Below, piece by piece: positions 1-12,600 of a DNA stretch of 64,000 nucleotides. Within the stretch, counting starts at the first letter, position 1. Each line of letters opens with the position of its first letter. Made by a program: the position numbers and the translations under genes. Source of the DNA: Pseudovirgaria hyperparasitica (Eukaryota); assembly GCA_010093815.1 (NCBI GenBank), contig ML996569.1. One strand, 5' to 3'. The notes beneath the pieces are model-generated. The model made no database searches, was not told where the DNA came from, and saw only the letters and a list, made by a program, of their open reading frames with translations.

Positions 1-1739
1 AGCGACTTTGAAGGCTTCGTCCTCTCACGACGCCATTAGAACGTCTACGAGTCCGGAAATAATTGGTCTACGATTCAGGCAGGATCCTTGACTCAGGCAG
101 AAATCTTGACTCAGCATTGCCGGTTTTGTCTGAGTCGTCGAATGTGGATAGGCTGGACGAAACGGGCCGTATATGGTCGCCCGGCACGGGACGTTCGCAC
201 GCCTTCATCCATGGATCATATTCGTCTAGCGTCGCTCCTTCTGTCTGTCCCTGTCACGCCACACAGTAAAGGTGATATCATCATGAATTCAGGACTATTC
301 TTGGAATGAATCGATGTTCGAAAAAGTGGCTTGGTGTACACCAACTGAGCCACTTAAAATGAGCTCGATACTCGGTTTCGAACGCCACTGTTGACCTCCC
401 GGGATCAGGGATTTATCGCTGAAACGTTGTAGACACTATAATCTATCACTATTTGGCTCTTCTAGCAATTCTTCGTGCAATGAATTTGCTCAATACGAAC
501 AGTCTATGTGGGCATTCTTACCCCCACGAGATATAGGGGCATGATAGAATAACACCCACCTTCTCCAAGTGCGACCATCCAAGAAGGTCGACGAGCTTAT
601 CTGTACTACGAGTGTCATTAGAGCTTGAGAAGCCTCTACCCAGTGTGTCTGATGGTAGTTCAATCTATGATGCTTGGCGATCAGTGATTGCGCCGAACAT
701 ACGAACTTCCTCTCGACCGAGATAAAATGAAATATTCAAAGCCACTCCACGCAATAATAACGGGTCCCAGAAGGTTGAAGGCTAAGCTAACCTTTGATTT
801 TGTAGCAGTGCTCCAGCTCTCGGAAGTTACCGATGCACGACCAGACATGTTGAGCCGTGCGTCGGTACATTATTCAACCAGATGAACCTAGAAAACATGG
901 AGGGGCGGTAGTGTCCGCAGCCTTCATCCCAGTACCGCCCATGATTCGATATCGTCATAATGTGCAAGCCTTGAGCGCCTGAAACTCGGTCCTTGGCGTC
1001 ATGGCGTCTCCTCTCACGATTCGAGCCACAGAGCGAAGCTGTGGAGTGGCAACCTGCAGCCCTATCCCTCGGCAAGCATCTTGATAGCCGGAATTTGCAT
1101 TGAGGGCCCACCTGAAACGTGAACATTACGTGCATTAGCCTGTACTATTACCTGTATGAGGTGCGATCCGTCCCTCTTGGATGCCATAATGCCCCACACA
1201 AACGGCTAACGGCCGACAGCCTTGATCAGGAAGCTGACGCTGACGTAGAGTGGATTTCGTCTGCTGTTGCGCTCATGTTCCTATTGGATCTCTCAGTCGC
1301 AAAAGCTATATCAGGTATACCGAGCCCAATAGACTTTGCAAAGCTCCCTTGCTACTCCCCTCGGTCAGTCTGATCAGGGTCTTATCAGGGTCTGGACTTG
1401 ACGCCCGGGGTGGATCTGGCTCGTGCATATAGGACATGAAGACGTATGAGTGAGACAGTATAGAACTCTCGACCAAATCTTCTTAGTTCTCCGGGTAGCG
1501 TGTCTTTAGAGTGGGCTCGTGGCTGTGTTGAAGCAGTACCATATTCGCCGTGTCCCGAGCCCGTGTAGTGTACAACATACCATCAGCAACCGGCAAAAAG
1601 TAGACGAGGAAGACTCAAACTGGAAAATTCTGATCCTCGTGTCGGTTCTTTCGTAGCAAAAAAATACTCATAAGTAGTAAGGTGCAGGATGTCGTGGCTC
1701 ATCCAAAGCGCAAAGCACTTGCTCAGTCCCACACCTACA

Positions 1740-3499
1740 ATGACAAGAACAACAACCGAAACAGTCGATATCGTGATCGTAGGAGGTAAGAGAAGTAGCC
1801 TCCTACTTGTATCCAGTATGTGCTAACACACGAAACAGGCGGCCCAACAGGTCTCCTCTCTGCCTTCCTCGCACGTCAGCTCGGTCTCAGCATCGCCGTC
1901 CTCGACTCTAAAGATAGCACACTCACAGTCGGACGCGCAGACGCCCTCAACGCACGCTCACAGCAATATCTCGAAGTCGCCGGTGTCTTAGAAGAGCTCC
2001 TGCCCAAAGGCATACGGTGCAACAGTATGTCGACACACCCCTGTCATGTCCCATAGCCAGACTCTAAATCCTCCTCGTAGCAAGCACAATATTTGCCGAT
2101 GGCGAATTCAAGTCTCGCCAGAGTCACTGGTGGAACAGTCTCACGCATTGCTTCCATAACAACTTCCTCATGGTCGGCCAGCCGGTCGTGGAGGCCGTCC
2201 TTGCATCACATCTCGACTTCCCCATCCACTTCTCCGAGCCCGCAGTATCTTTCTCCGAGTCTGACGAAGGTGTAACGGTGCGTACTGCGAAACGGACAGT
2301 ACAGGCAAAGTACCTCATCGCATCAGACGGCGCGCGATCTGCAGTACGCACAGCGCTGGAAATTCCGTTCGAGGGGACAAAGCCGAATATGACGTGGGCC
2401 GTGCTGGACACATTCATAGACACAGACTTCCCGGTCTGCAGTGAGATTATTACGTTCCAACTGGATGGGCAGAGCAGGATATCCTGGATTCCCAGGTATG
2501 TCAATGTCTGCACAGAGATGGGTGGGGAGTAGCTTACAAGAAATAGAGAGCGTGGTATGGCACGGTTCTATGTGCTTCACGACGATGAGATCACACAGGA
2601 GAAGACTGAAGCATCAATTCGCAAGCACATGGCGCCATATCGTATCGATTTCGTTGAGACGGAGTGGTTTAGCAAGTTCGAAAGTAAACACCCATTGCAG
2701 TCCACGCACCACCATCTCTTGAGCATATGCGCTGATACACCGTAGTCAAGGAGCGAATCGCCGAAACATTCGTATCGAAATGCTCCACAGGTCGTATCAT
2801 CCTCGCTGGTGACGCCGCCCACGTCCAGTAAGTCCCACCTCGATCTTGGACGTCCATTGCTAATGAGCTCTCTGTAGTTCCGTCAACGGTGGCCAAGGCC
2901 TGAACACAGGTATTGCTGACGCCTTTTCCCTGATATGGCGCCTCAAGATGTGCCTTTCCCCGAGTACTTCCCCTACAGCCAAAGCCAGGATCTTGCAGAG
3001 TTATAATACCGAGCGTCACAGTGTCGCCCAAGAAGTGATAGACATTGCGGCGAAGCTCGTTCGAAAGACGATTACGGAGGCGAAGGACTACGTGGCGGTC
3101 ATTGAGAAGAACGCTGGATATATAACAGGTATGGGCGTGAATTACGCCGGCATCGGGTCGGCGATGATTAAGGATTCGGAGACCGGGTTGTTTAAGGCTG
3201 GAAATCGTATGCCAGACCTCTGGGTCAAGACGGCGGGTAAGGATCATGAGCGCCTGTACTCGAAGTTTTCATATGGGCATTTTGTGATGGTGAGGATAGG
3301 TGGAGGAAAGGGTGTGGAGGTGCCGAGTGAGGTAGAGGTTGTTACTGTCGGTCCGTCGAAAGAGCCAGGAGAGAGCGCGCTTTCGGCGTCCTGGGTACGT
3401 CAAGAGGATAGATATGTCGTCGTCGTAAGGCCGGACATGTACGTTGGATATGTTGGATCCGAGAGAGAGGGGTTGGAGTACCTGAGAGCATTGTATTAG
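1740..3499 (+). CDS. FAD-dependent monooxygenase (phenol/aromatic hydroxylase type, FAD_binding_3), about 6 exons
   Basis: Spliced reading gives MTRTTTETVDIVIVGG/GPTGL (GxGxxG Rossmann motif), GRADALNARS, LIASDGARSAVR (DG motif) and ILAGDAAHVH/SVNGGQGLNTGIADA (GD motif), ending in VVVRPDMYVGY. GT..AG introns with branch sites join the ORF pieces 1820-2056, 2170-2532, 2557-2745 and 2948-3499. Confidence 0.93.
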
Positions 3500-5406
3500 T
3501 ACCATATATAGTCGTATATCAAAAAACATCATGATTGCCTCATGTTGGGTTATCTCACCAGTGTAAAAGGCTTCCAATCGTGTATAACTTTCAGAGTGAG
3601 CACACCTGCGGCCTGCCCTTCGATAGCTCTGCAACAAAACCCTAGTCACACTGTGTTGGGCAATGGAGATGTTCCATTACTGAGCACCAGTAACTTACTA
3701 CTATCTTGTCGATCTTCGTGTGCCCTTCTCGGCCCATACAGCCTCCAGCACTGAACGATGAGAATAGCACTACTGGAAGGGATGGGAGGCGTGCGGTCGC
3801 GCGGGGTGACGAGGCTGAAGATCCAAAGCATCATAAATCGCCAAGGACTTAGCAAGATGACTAGAAGACGTTGAAACATGTTGTTAGAGGATCGTAGAAT
3901 TGCCAAAAGTGGATCAGGGACGAGAGGGAAGGCGATGAAGAGAGAGCCAAGCGAGGGTCAAAAATATCAGGAAACTTGTTATGACCCAAAAGTGAAATTC
4001 GGAACTAGCAGAAAATAGCTGTCTTAGAAATGTGCCTCACTATATATTTCCACCAACATACTCCTCTCCTCTTACAACCACCTTTCCGCAGCACAAAACT
4101 TTCCTCCAACACAACATCACAATGACCTCCATCACACAGCACGAGCATGATGGCTCTCTCGTATGGACATCTTCCAGATATCTCGATAGGTGAAAGTTAA
4201 GCTAACGATACACAACAGCCCATCAACACAATCTCTCCGGCGAAAGCCAAATCTTCTCCACCCCAGCATGGTGCCGAGGGCACATGCACCATAACGCAAC
4301 AACGGCAAGAGGACAAGCCGGACAACCTCACAGGAGAACAAGTCAGTGGGCCCGAGGCCGGCAGTCCTGAGGAGCAGCAGATCGCGTCGCTGGCGATCGA
4401 GATGTGGTTGGCGGAGGCGCCGGAGGAGGAGCACTGGTGGGGATTGCAGGATCCCACCACATGGCCGAAAGGCTACAACTCCTGAAGGAATGGAGCCTCG
4501 CGTCGTAGCAGGCCGTTGAAAGTTTTGGAGAGAGATTGAGAGGGAGCAATTCTGGCTCGTTTGGTTATGTTGGGATTGGGGAGAGGCTCGGGAATTACCA
4601 AGTGGCAATGTATTAGAGTGTAACATTATCACCATCAATGGCTTCATTTCTCTGTTTGCACAGACCTCTGAACTCACCGTGTAGATCTTCATTGTGATAA
4701 ACTGCTGATATTGACCTTCGTGACCACGCTTTTAATTGTAGCAATCGTAACAATCGAACAATTCCAAATGCTCAGGGGCTCCAAAATGCTCTGTCTTGCG
4801 ATGTAAATGCCAGATCAGTGGTGGAAGCGACGTCATAGCCTCAAAATACAGCATGCAAATTGCGACAGTTCCATAAAGCCGAAGAATATTGATGCCTTAC
4901 GAGCTGTGGCGGTGCAGCAACATGATGAAATGCAGGAGGGGAGCGGCCGAGAAGTCTTGGCAAAAGTGAAGGGCCAAAATGCAAAAAAATATGCCCGCCA
5001 ATGCCTAACCGGTGCAACCACAACCCCCGGATTCAGCCCTAGATATCTGTTAGTTAGAGCCTCGAGGCTGGAAGGACACTCACATTAACCAACTGGACCA
5101 CTAAACCCAGTTGGCCGATATTCGTTGCAAAAAGATAGGCTATATGTGACTCTTTTTTTAAAATGTGCGATATTCCCTACGTACCTCTCTGTAGTTCCAG
5201 GGTCTCCAATGACCTGGCCAATATGGTGATGCTCCTCGCCAATGTACCTCGCCGTCGCCAACGCCAAGACCTGAGCTGGACCCTGATGTGAGCTCTCTTT
5301 GGTGTTTCTCTCCCACTGTTTGATCCCTCGCAAACACCGCCCATTATCCACATCTTCATACCTTACCCACTACCAGCATTCTCAACCATAGCCAACAGCA
5401 GCAACA

Positions 5407-5772
5407 ATGCTCCTTGTCCAGGCCGCACCAGTCGCCCGTCCTGATGTCCCTCTCCTTACGGTCATACTCCTCTACAGCACCTTCATCTCCCTACTCATGA
5501 TGTACAGCCTAATGTTTCCGTATCATTATCACCGGACGCTGCGCATACTACGCAAGCTTACACCAAAGGAGATAGCCCGACTGTTACGGACATGTGTAGC
5601 CTTTGCCCTCTGGACACTGTGGATATTCATACGCGCCATCCACGTTGAACTTGCGCCTGAAGCTGTAAACAAGCATGCTGTACACCAGCGATGGATGATG
5701 ACTCGCGCAGAGAGGCCAACAGGAGGACGAGCCCGGAGGACGGGGGCGCGGATCCCGCGACATTGGAGATGA
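5407..5772 (+). CDS. Hypothetical small membrane protein (121 aa)
   Basis: ATG in CAACAATG context after a C/A-rich leader, with two hydrophobic segments (LLTVILLYSTFISLLMMYSLMF and CVAFALWTLWIFIRAI). No recognised family. Confidence 0.35.
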   Translation: MLLVQAAPVARPDVPLLTVILLYSTFISLLMMYSLMFPYHYHRTLRILRKLTPKEIARLLRTCVAFALWTLWIFIRAIHVELAPEAVNKHAVHQRWMMTRAERPTGGRARRTGARIPRHWR

Positions 5773-8700
5773 CGAACCGTAGATACCTTCTGTGGCCGGT
5801 GTCGACAATCAGGAGAGGGAATAGGAGGGCGTGACGAGCCAGAGGGATTTTACTCGAGCTGAGCGTGAGTCCCGCCATATCATTACTAACGCTCCAACGC
5901 TTATACAGACTACGTATCTGATAGAGCGTGTGAAGCAGATAAATCCTTGACCACCGATGACTTCTCTCTACCCTTGCCTGGACTCCTATTTCCATGGCTC
6001 GCGGCAGCGACGCACCGGCAACCCGCATGAAGAGCTCAGCAATCAAGGGACGGGAATCTTCAATAGCCTTATACTCTGGACTCGCTTGTCAACAAGAGAC
6101 AGCTCCTTCCGCTAGGTCTGGCGAATGATTGAGCATACGTCCAACACGGCGGGCTGTATGGAAGTATTTCCCGAGAGCTCAGCAAACATCAGTGTATCAT
6201 CTCTTCCAAGCTCTTCAATTTTGTTATACGTCTCCGGAAGACTCTTACACTGCCATGAAATCAGTCACTTACCTCCTAATTGGTGCTCATGATCACGCTG
6301 GAAGACTTCGATGCGCAGCACCCACTGCCACTTCTACTCGGCAGAGAGTCCGATCAACAGCCAGATATCCAACCGTATAAAGGAAGGCCTACTAAATTAC
6401 CAGGCGCACACGAGGAAGCTCCAGACAATTCGAGGCGTTCAGGCCAACGAGTCATGTACGCGGACGCCGACAGCACCGAAACCACAAGAGCCCTACAGCC
6501 ACAACCTAGGAAAGACTGCCGAAACCTACATGTTCCATAGCGGCACATAGGCGGGCTCTCAAAGGAGGAGCAGAAAGAACCCAGGAGATCGAAGCCCTCA
6601 AATCGCCATGCAGCATCCGCCTCAGAGGAAGCGCACAGAAGGAGAGCCATAACGACATGAAAGCGCAAGACTCGTCTGTCTGCCCAACCTACTAGGTAGC
6701 CTTCAAGATCCTTGAGCAGGGTAAGTGTAGCCTCCTACTCAGATCTGGCCATTCCTACCCGACAGCAACCTACTGACATATTTTCACATTCACAGTAGGC
6801 ACGACGCATACTTACTCACACAAGCAAGCACACTCGAGCACGGCACCTACCTGCCTACCTTCCTTCTCACCTACCTCCGCACAACGACCGAATAAGATTC
6901 TCAAGCGCAAGCAAGAGAGGAATGAACGGTCTGACTACACTACATCGTAGGTAGGTAGACAAGACCGATTCATCCGTGGCTGAATGGCAGAGATTGGAGT
7001 ACTGAAGAATTAGCAGCGCGGGATCTATAATGGCTGGGATAAGCCTGGACGGGGTGCATAAGGGGCTAGGGGGATGCATGGACATCGTTTGGCACGAGTA
7101 CAAACAGGGCTTCTGGGCGAGTAGTTTATCAGGCCAGACTATGATGGCCTTTCGGTTGTGTTCTTGGCTTCAGGGGGCGGGACTGGGCACTTGAATGTTT
7201 ATGCCAGCGGTGTCAAAGCACATCTCAGCCTTTCTGATTCTGTTCGTCTTGTCGGGTGGCTCATCTGCTCTGCTGGCTCATCTGATTGTGTGTGGGCCGT
7301 GACGCCCGTTCCCAAGCGCTGTATTGCTCGTGCCATGGACTCGGCCATACATGGTTTTGAGCCTGTTAGCTCGGCCATGCGCCTGTCTTTAGACGCTTTG
7401 ATTCTGGCTCGCCCAGGGTGTAGAGTACTCGTCCAGACTGTATCTTCGGACCCAATAGCCAAAAGCCAAATATCTTCAGTGGTCTGTTTCGATTGTAGCA
7501 CTCTTTGCCGTAGCCTGAAAATCGTATGTTCACGACCTTCGGGCGTTCCGTGTCGGAGCATGTAGCCTACGCTGCTGCCCCGAGACCTATAGGTTGTGCC
7601 CGGCGCCTCATGCATTGATACTTGTATATAGAGGAGTCTTATGAATATAGAGACATCAGTCATTCTGAGACGTTTCCCAGAGACCATGCCCATCCGCACC
7701 ACCAGATGGCATAAGCATACGTTACGGAGCCTCTGAGCCTTCTGGCGTCCTTGGAACCGTAGCCACTGTCCATACTGCCAGACGTGTGAGAGTCCGTTTG
7801 GATAGCGTAGTGCTACTTGTGTCCATCTCCCGTAGGTGTGCCATGGGCCATAGTTACGGTATTCATGGAGTAATAAGACCTCAAAGTATGGTAGCCCACC
7901 GTTTGAGCTCAGGCTCTCTGTGGCCTTGCCAGAAGGCCTCACCAGTCCCCCCAGGGGGCTATCATGACTGGTTCCGTGGATTGGAGACGTTGTCCCAATT
8001 AGGACGTCCGTTCTTGTCCTTGACTGAGCCTTTATTGTAGTGTATCCCCCATATAATGACGCTGTACGCTCTCCCACAGGTGCTGTGAGCTTCACCGTGA
8101 TCCACACAGCCTGGCCACAGTCATAAACTACGCCCAGGACTCATTAGAGTCGTTGCACGGCTTCTACAACAATCGCAAAGCACGTAAGAACCAAGATCTA
8201 GACTTTTAAGACGCAAATCTGGCGCCTAGCGCCCAAGATCCACGTTTGAGGGGTCATACAAGTCTTGCCCGGTCCTCATATTTGGAGTCTCCAACGACGA
8301 CCACAGCAGCACAGCACATCGATAGACCCCCCAAATCTCTCTGTAGCATCTAGAGAGTCATATCTCTGACTTCCTCGCTTTTTGTGACTTCCCGGGCCCT
8401 GGAAGGCTGTCTCCCAGGCCCAGCTCCACATCCCAGATCCTACATCTCACCCCCGAGGCCCTCACCTTGCCGCCCGGGCAGCCTCAGGCGCCCATATCAG
8501 GCACACCAGGGCATCATCTCGTCCTCAGGACCCATTCTGCCGTGCTCCTATTCGTCGAAATCGTCCTCACGTGTAGAGCTAGAGAATGTGGCCCCAGCGT
8601 TTAAGCGAGAGGGCCAGAAAAGTATATAAACAGCGTCCCTCTCTCTCTCTTACAACCTTTTTTTCTTCATGTGTAAGGGACCATGAATAGTCTTCGAGCC

Positions 8701-10188
8701 GGGCCCTCAGTGGTCCGCGCTGGAGTGACTACGATTGACTTATAGAACACGGGGTCAGGTTGCACTTCGGTGCAAAGTCAGGCCTGGCCAACTAACGTGC
8801 TCTAGATCAAATGGGGCCTTCACACTCAGTTGGGTTGGCTCCGCATGCTACATCGTCACGAGGATCGCTGAGCTCGAAAGAGCATTGAATCGGATCTCGT
8901 GAATGCTTGCAACATTTGGGACATAGTGGGACATATTTTTTTCATTGAATCTTTTGGCCTTTGTGCTGAACTTCAAGGAAGAGTATTTAGCTTCTTCGAA
9001 TTGGCTTGCGAACTTGTCTCGTGCTGATCCTCTGGTCTACTCACGGACTTGATTCGATACTTGTTGTTGTTATGTGGTGATGATGACAACATTGAATACC
9101 ACTCAGCCAGGCAGTTCAGTCTTGTAGATCTTGTCATAGTGAAGCCAATTGAAGCCCATGGAAGTTTATCGAAGCCCACCAAGCGGCTGGTGAATCACAC
9201 GGATTCCTACCAGAGCCATAGCTCGGAGCGTCTCTCGACTGAACGGAGGCACGTTTACACGCACAAGCTCTGCCCTGACAAGACTGAGAACCATAACCAT
9301 CCTCAGACGGCTTCTCCTGGTGCCAGCCGTACAGCAGTAGAAGAGCCATCACGTCATACCCACACAATTGCCTGTGTATCGTCGTCACGGGCATCAACAA
9401 GCGAGAGCCAGCTCGTCGTCGCCGGGCACCGTCTACAAGGGGACTAGTCAGGATGAGGGAAGTGATGCCGTGATTGATCCGCCGACAGTCTGGGAGCCCA
9501 ACTCGCGACTATAAATTTGACGTCCCCTCTCCCTTTCTCTCCTTCTTCTTCTCATCGTGGGTTCCTCTGTGGACTCCACTGTAGTGTTTCTATGCTCATC
9601 GTCATTCAAGGCATGTACGCTGGGGTTGGGCAGGACTGGGCGACCTGCACCTTCCAACCTCAGCTATTATCATGATCGTTGACTTGAGCATTAGATCAAC
9701 TGGTGCTCGCCGTTGTGTGGTCACCTATGCACTGAAATCCAGCTATTGATGAGCTCGAAAGCTTATTGAAGCTTGTCGCTGGACCCTGGTGCAATATTCT
9801 AATCACCCATTTTTCACCGGTGCTTTGGCCTTTGTGCTGAATCCCGGGGGCAAGACAATTTTGTTCCGTGACGTGAACTCCTGTGTTCTGTGCCGTTTGG
9901 TTGCTGGTGAAGATTCTGTTTCACCGTCCGGCAAGGGTGTTTCCGTGCTCAATAGGCAACCTTCGTCGATTGCCCAGCCCAGTTCCAAGCTCTTGATGTC
10001 TCTACAACCAACCACTTTTTTTTGAGATCCGTCTACACCCACATCCTCAATCAGTTGCACAGCAAAGCAACAAGCCCCCCGGTCTCATCGACACGCACGA
10101 GCAAGAACTCAGCGTCATCACAACCCTCACTCCTACCACACCACCACCGCAATCAAATCCTCCTCCTCCTCCGCACGCCCTTGGCAGA

Positions 10189-10824
10189 ATGCCAACTTCG
10201 CCCGAAGAAATGCATGCCTTGGCTGTGGCCAGCAAAAGAGAGCTGAACCTTCTCGTAAGTCAAAGCCTTCTCTTTCTAGGTTCAAGCAGCTCATCTAGAG
10301 ATTCAACCTGCTGACAGGAAGTCAAATAGATGGCGGCATACGTCGACATGATTGCGTCCGGCCCCGCAGCATCTCCTCCTCCCCAAGAATCTCCACCTCT
10401 CCGAGCATTCACTCCTTCCGGAGAATCCACTTCTTCTGGAGAATCCACTTCTTCCGGAGAATTCACTCCTTCTCAGGATTCCACTTCTTCCGGAGAATCC
10501 ACTCCTTCCCAGGAATTCACTCCTTCCCAGGAATCCACTCCTTCCCAGGAATCCACTCCTCCTCAAGAATACCCCCTTCCCCAGGAATCACCTACTCCCC
10601 AGGAATCCCTTCCTCGCCAGGGATCCCCTCTTCCCCAAGAAATCCCTCTTCCCCAGGAATCCTCTCCTTCCCCAGCACCCCCGTCGCCACCGGCAGTACC
10701 AGCTGCAACAGCATCCCCGACAGCCTCAGCAGCCTCAGCATCCCCAGCAGCTCCAGCAGCTCCAGAAGCTCCAGCAGCTCCAGCGCCACCAGCGCCACCC
10801 GCCCCCAAGACCAACGGAGTTTGA
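10189..10824 (+). CDS. Two-exon low-complexity Pro/Ser/Glu-rich repeat protein
   Basis: Exon 1 is MPTSPEEMHALAVASKRELNLL. The intron runs from GTAAGT (10255) through a CTGAC branch site to TAG (10329) and is phase 0. It joins ORF 10330-10824, which has ESTPSQ-like repeats and an APAAP tail. Confidence 0.5.
10383..10800 (+). repeat. Coding minisatellites: 18-bp unit (~GAATCCACTCCTTCCCAG) followed by a 9-bp unit (~CCAGCAGCT)
   Basis: Tandem degenerate units are directly visible at about 10385-10670 (18-mer) and 10700-10800 (9-mer). Confidence 0.9.
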
Positions 10825-11356
10825 GGCGGAGCAATAGCAGATAGGGCATCATCATTCTTATAGCAAATGAAGAATGAAACAAATTTGATGACCGGGGCGT
10901 CGATACCTGACGTTATATCTGCTTCTCGTGTGGAATTTGCGTGTTCTGTCGTGATGTGCTTCGTGCTGGGTGATTTTTGTCGTAGCCCGTGATAACTAAA
11001 AGTGAGGATCATGAGATTTCGGCAGCATTTACTGCTTACCACGGCCTGTCTCGTGCCACAAAAACTTGATATTCTCGTAGGCAGTATGGCAGACAGTCTA
11101 GCCCTGAGGTTGACGGGAGCCATAACGAAAGTGATTCGCGCCCAGATCTCCTCACCTAATTAGTCCAAACACCTGGCTTTTCTAACTCTATTTTTTTTCC
11201 GCTACGGATTCGTGCGCATCTAGCATCTCATATGCTTACTGTCGGTACAGTTTACAGCAGTCATACCTGCTGGCGAGGTCTCTCCAGCGTGGCCACAGCC
11301 TGCGCGGATGCGTCGGCATCAGCCCTACGAGCCTGAGACCCGACTTGCATGCATCA

Positions 11357-12600
11357 TCAACCAGATTCGCGCCGACACATAGCCTCATATTCCTGCTGCC
11401 AGTACAGCAGAAGACGGCTATAATGGCTGGCTAGACTTTCAGAACGACTGCTAGTTACGCCAGTACGCGAAGACTCAGCCTGAAGACCTCGATTTTCCAG
11501 ACAGTAAATCACGGCTCGTGGTAAGCTCCCTTCCGCCAGCAAGCTGATATTATCGCTGACAGTACAGCAGATAACGGTTATGCATCCTGAGTATGGCAAT
11601 AGAGGGAAGCACGGCTCCCAATATGTATCGCGTCTCTCCTGCCGCCGCAAGCCAGTCGACGCCGATAGACCACACTCGAGACATCCGGGGATATCAAAGG
11701 GCTCGCCAAAAGGGGCCCAAGAGGAGGAGTCCTAGTATCTTGCGGCATCATGACGGCTTAGTCGAGCTCAGGTCTCCCGGTAAGTAGGTCTGGCGTGCTT
11801 GAACAACCTGAGAAAGCGGCAGCTCTCACATCAGAAGCAGAAGAATTTACTGGCCTACGCTTCCACATTTTATATCCAACGCGAAGCAAGACTGGTGGAT
11901 ACAAATAGAAGCATCATTTCCGGTTACGGCTAGAAGAGCAAGTGGTAATACTACTGCAGGGAACGAGCTAGGCTTGAATCATAGAGAGCGCAAAGAGGAG
12001 GATATACCTTCTTCATAGTCATCCCCTGCAGAGAATGTAGAAGCAGGGCTTGCTTTGCTTCAGGTTTGAAACTCTAGATGTGGTAGCCGGTACGAAAGTA
12101 GAACTTTCTGATTAATCTTGAACGGTAGATAGCGATGTGCCTATTGGCACGTCGGCAGTTCGCCTTGAGCGGAAATGCTGGAAATGTGATATGTAGTCCT
12201 GAAGTACGACTTTCTTCTTCAATAGTGTCGTTGGCATTGGCCACTCGGCCTGAATCAAATGCTATAGCGGAGTCAAGCGCACTCTTTGATCTCAGGAGGT
12301 CAGATATCCACGTGTTCATTGACACATATACAATGTGCAGCTCGTTTTCCCATGCCAGTCTAGATATCTGTCACGGAGATAGAGCATTTTGCTTGCTTCG
12401 TAGGCCCACAAGAGTCTGGTATTGCTCTCGACTTGCTTATATCTCCTGTGATAGCCATGACAGGATCAAGGGATTCTTCTGGTTTGCAAAGTCAATCATA
12501 GCAAGCATCATCCAGACTACGTTATTAAGAGCCAGCATAAACGCTGCCTAGCCTCTACGGCATTATTGTAGGGGTAACATGCATGCCTCTTCATCCAGAG
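11357..12600 (-). pseudogene. Probable decayed protein-coding gene of unknown family
   Basis: Protein-like minus-strand translation (LNNVVWMMLAMIDFANQKNPLILSWL...LAWENELHIVYVSMNTWISDLLRSK...KFYFRTGYHI*SFKPEAKQALLLHSL) is interrupted by scattered stops. Confidence 0.3.

Noticed and set aside
7199..8107. 302-aa minus-strand ORF
   Set aside because: It has a GTG start and no recognisable domain, and it reads through an apparent intron (GTATGC donor near 7720). It is not supported as a real protein.
10327..10329. TAG read as a RIP-induced premature stop before ORF 10330
   Set aside because: It is better explained as the intron acceptor, sitting just downstream of a CTGAC branch site and giving an in-frame splice.
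10383..10800. Regular repeats resembling a CRISPR array
   Set aside because: The units are contiguous 18-mers and 9-mers without unique spacers, lie in frame within an ORF, and are in a eukaryotic genome.
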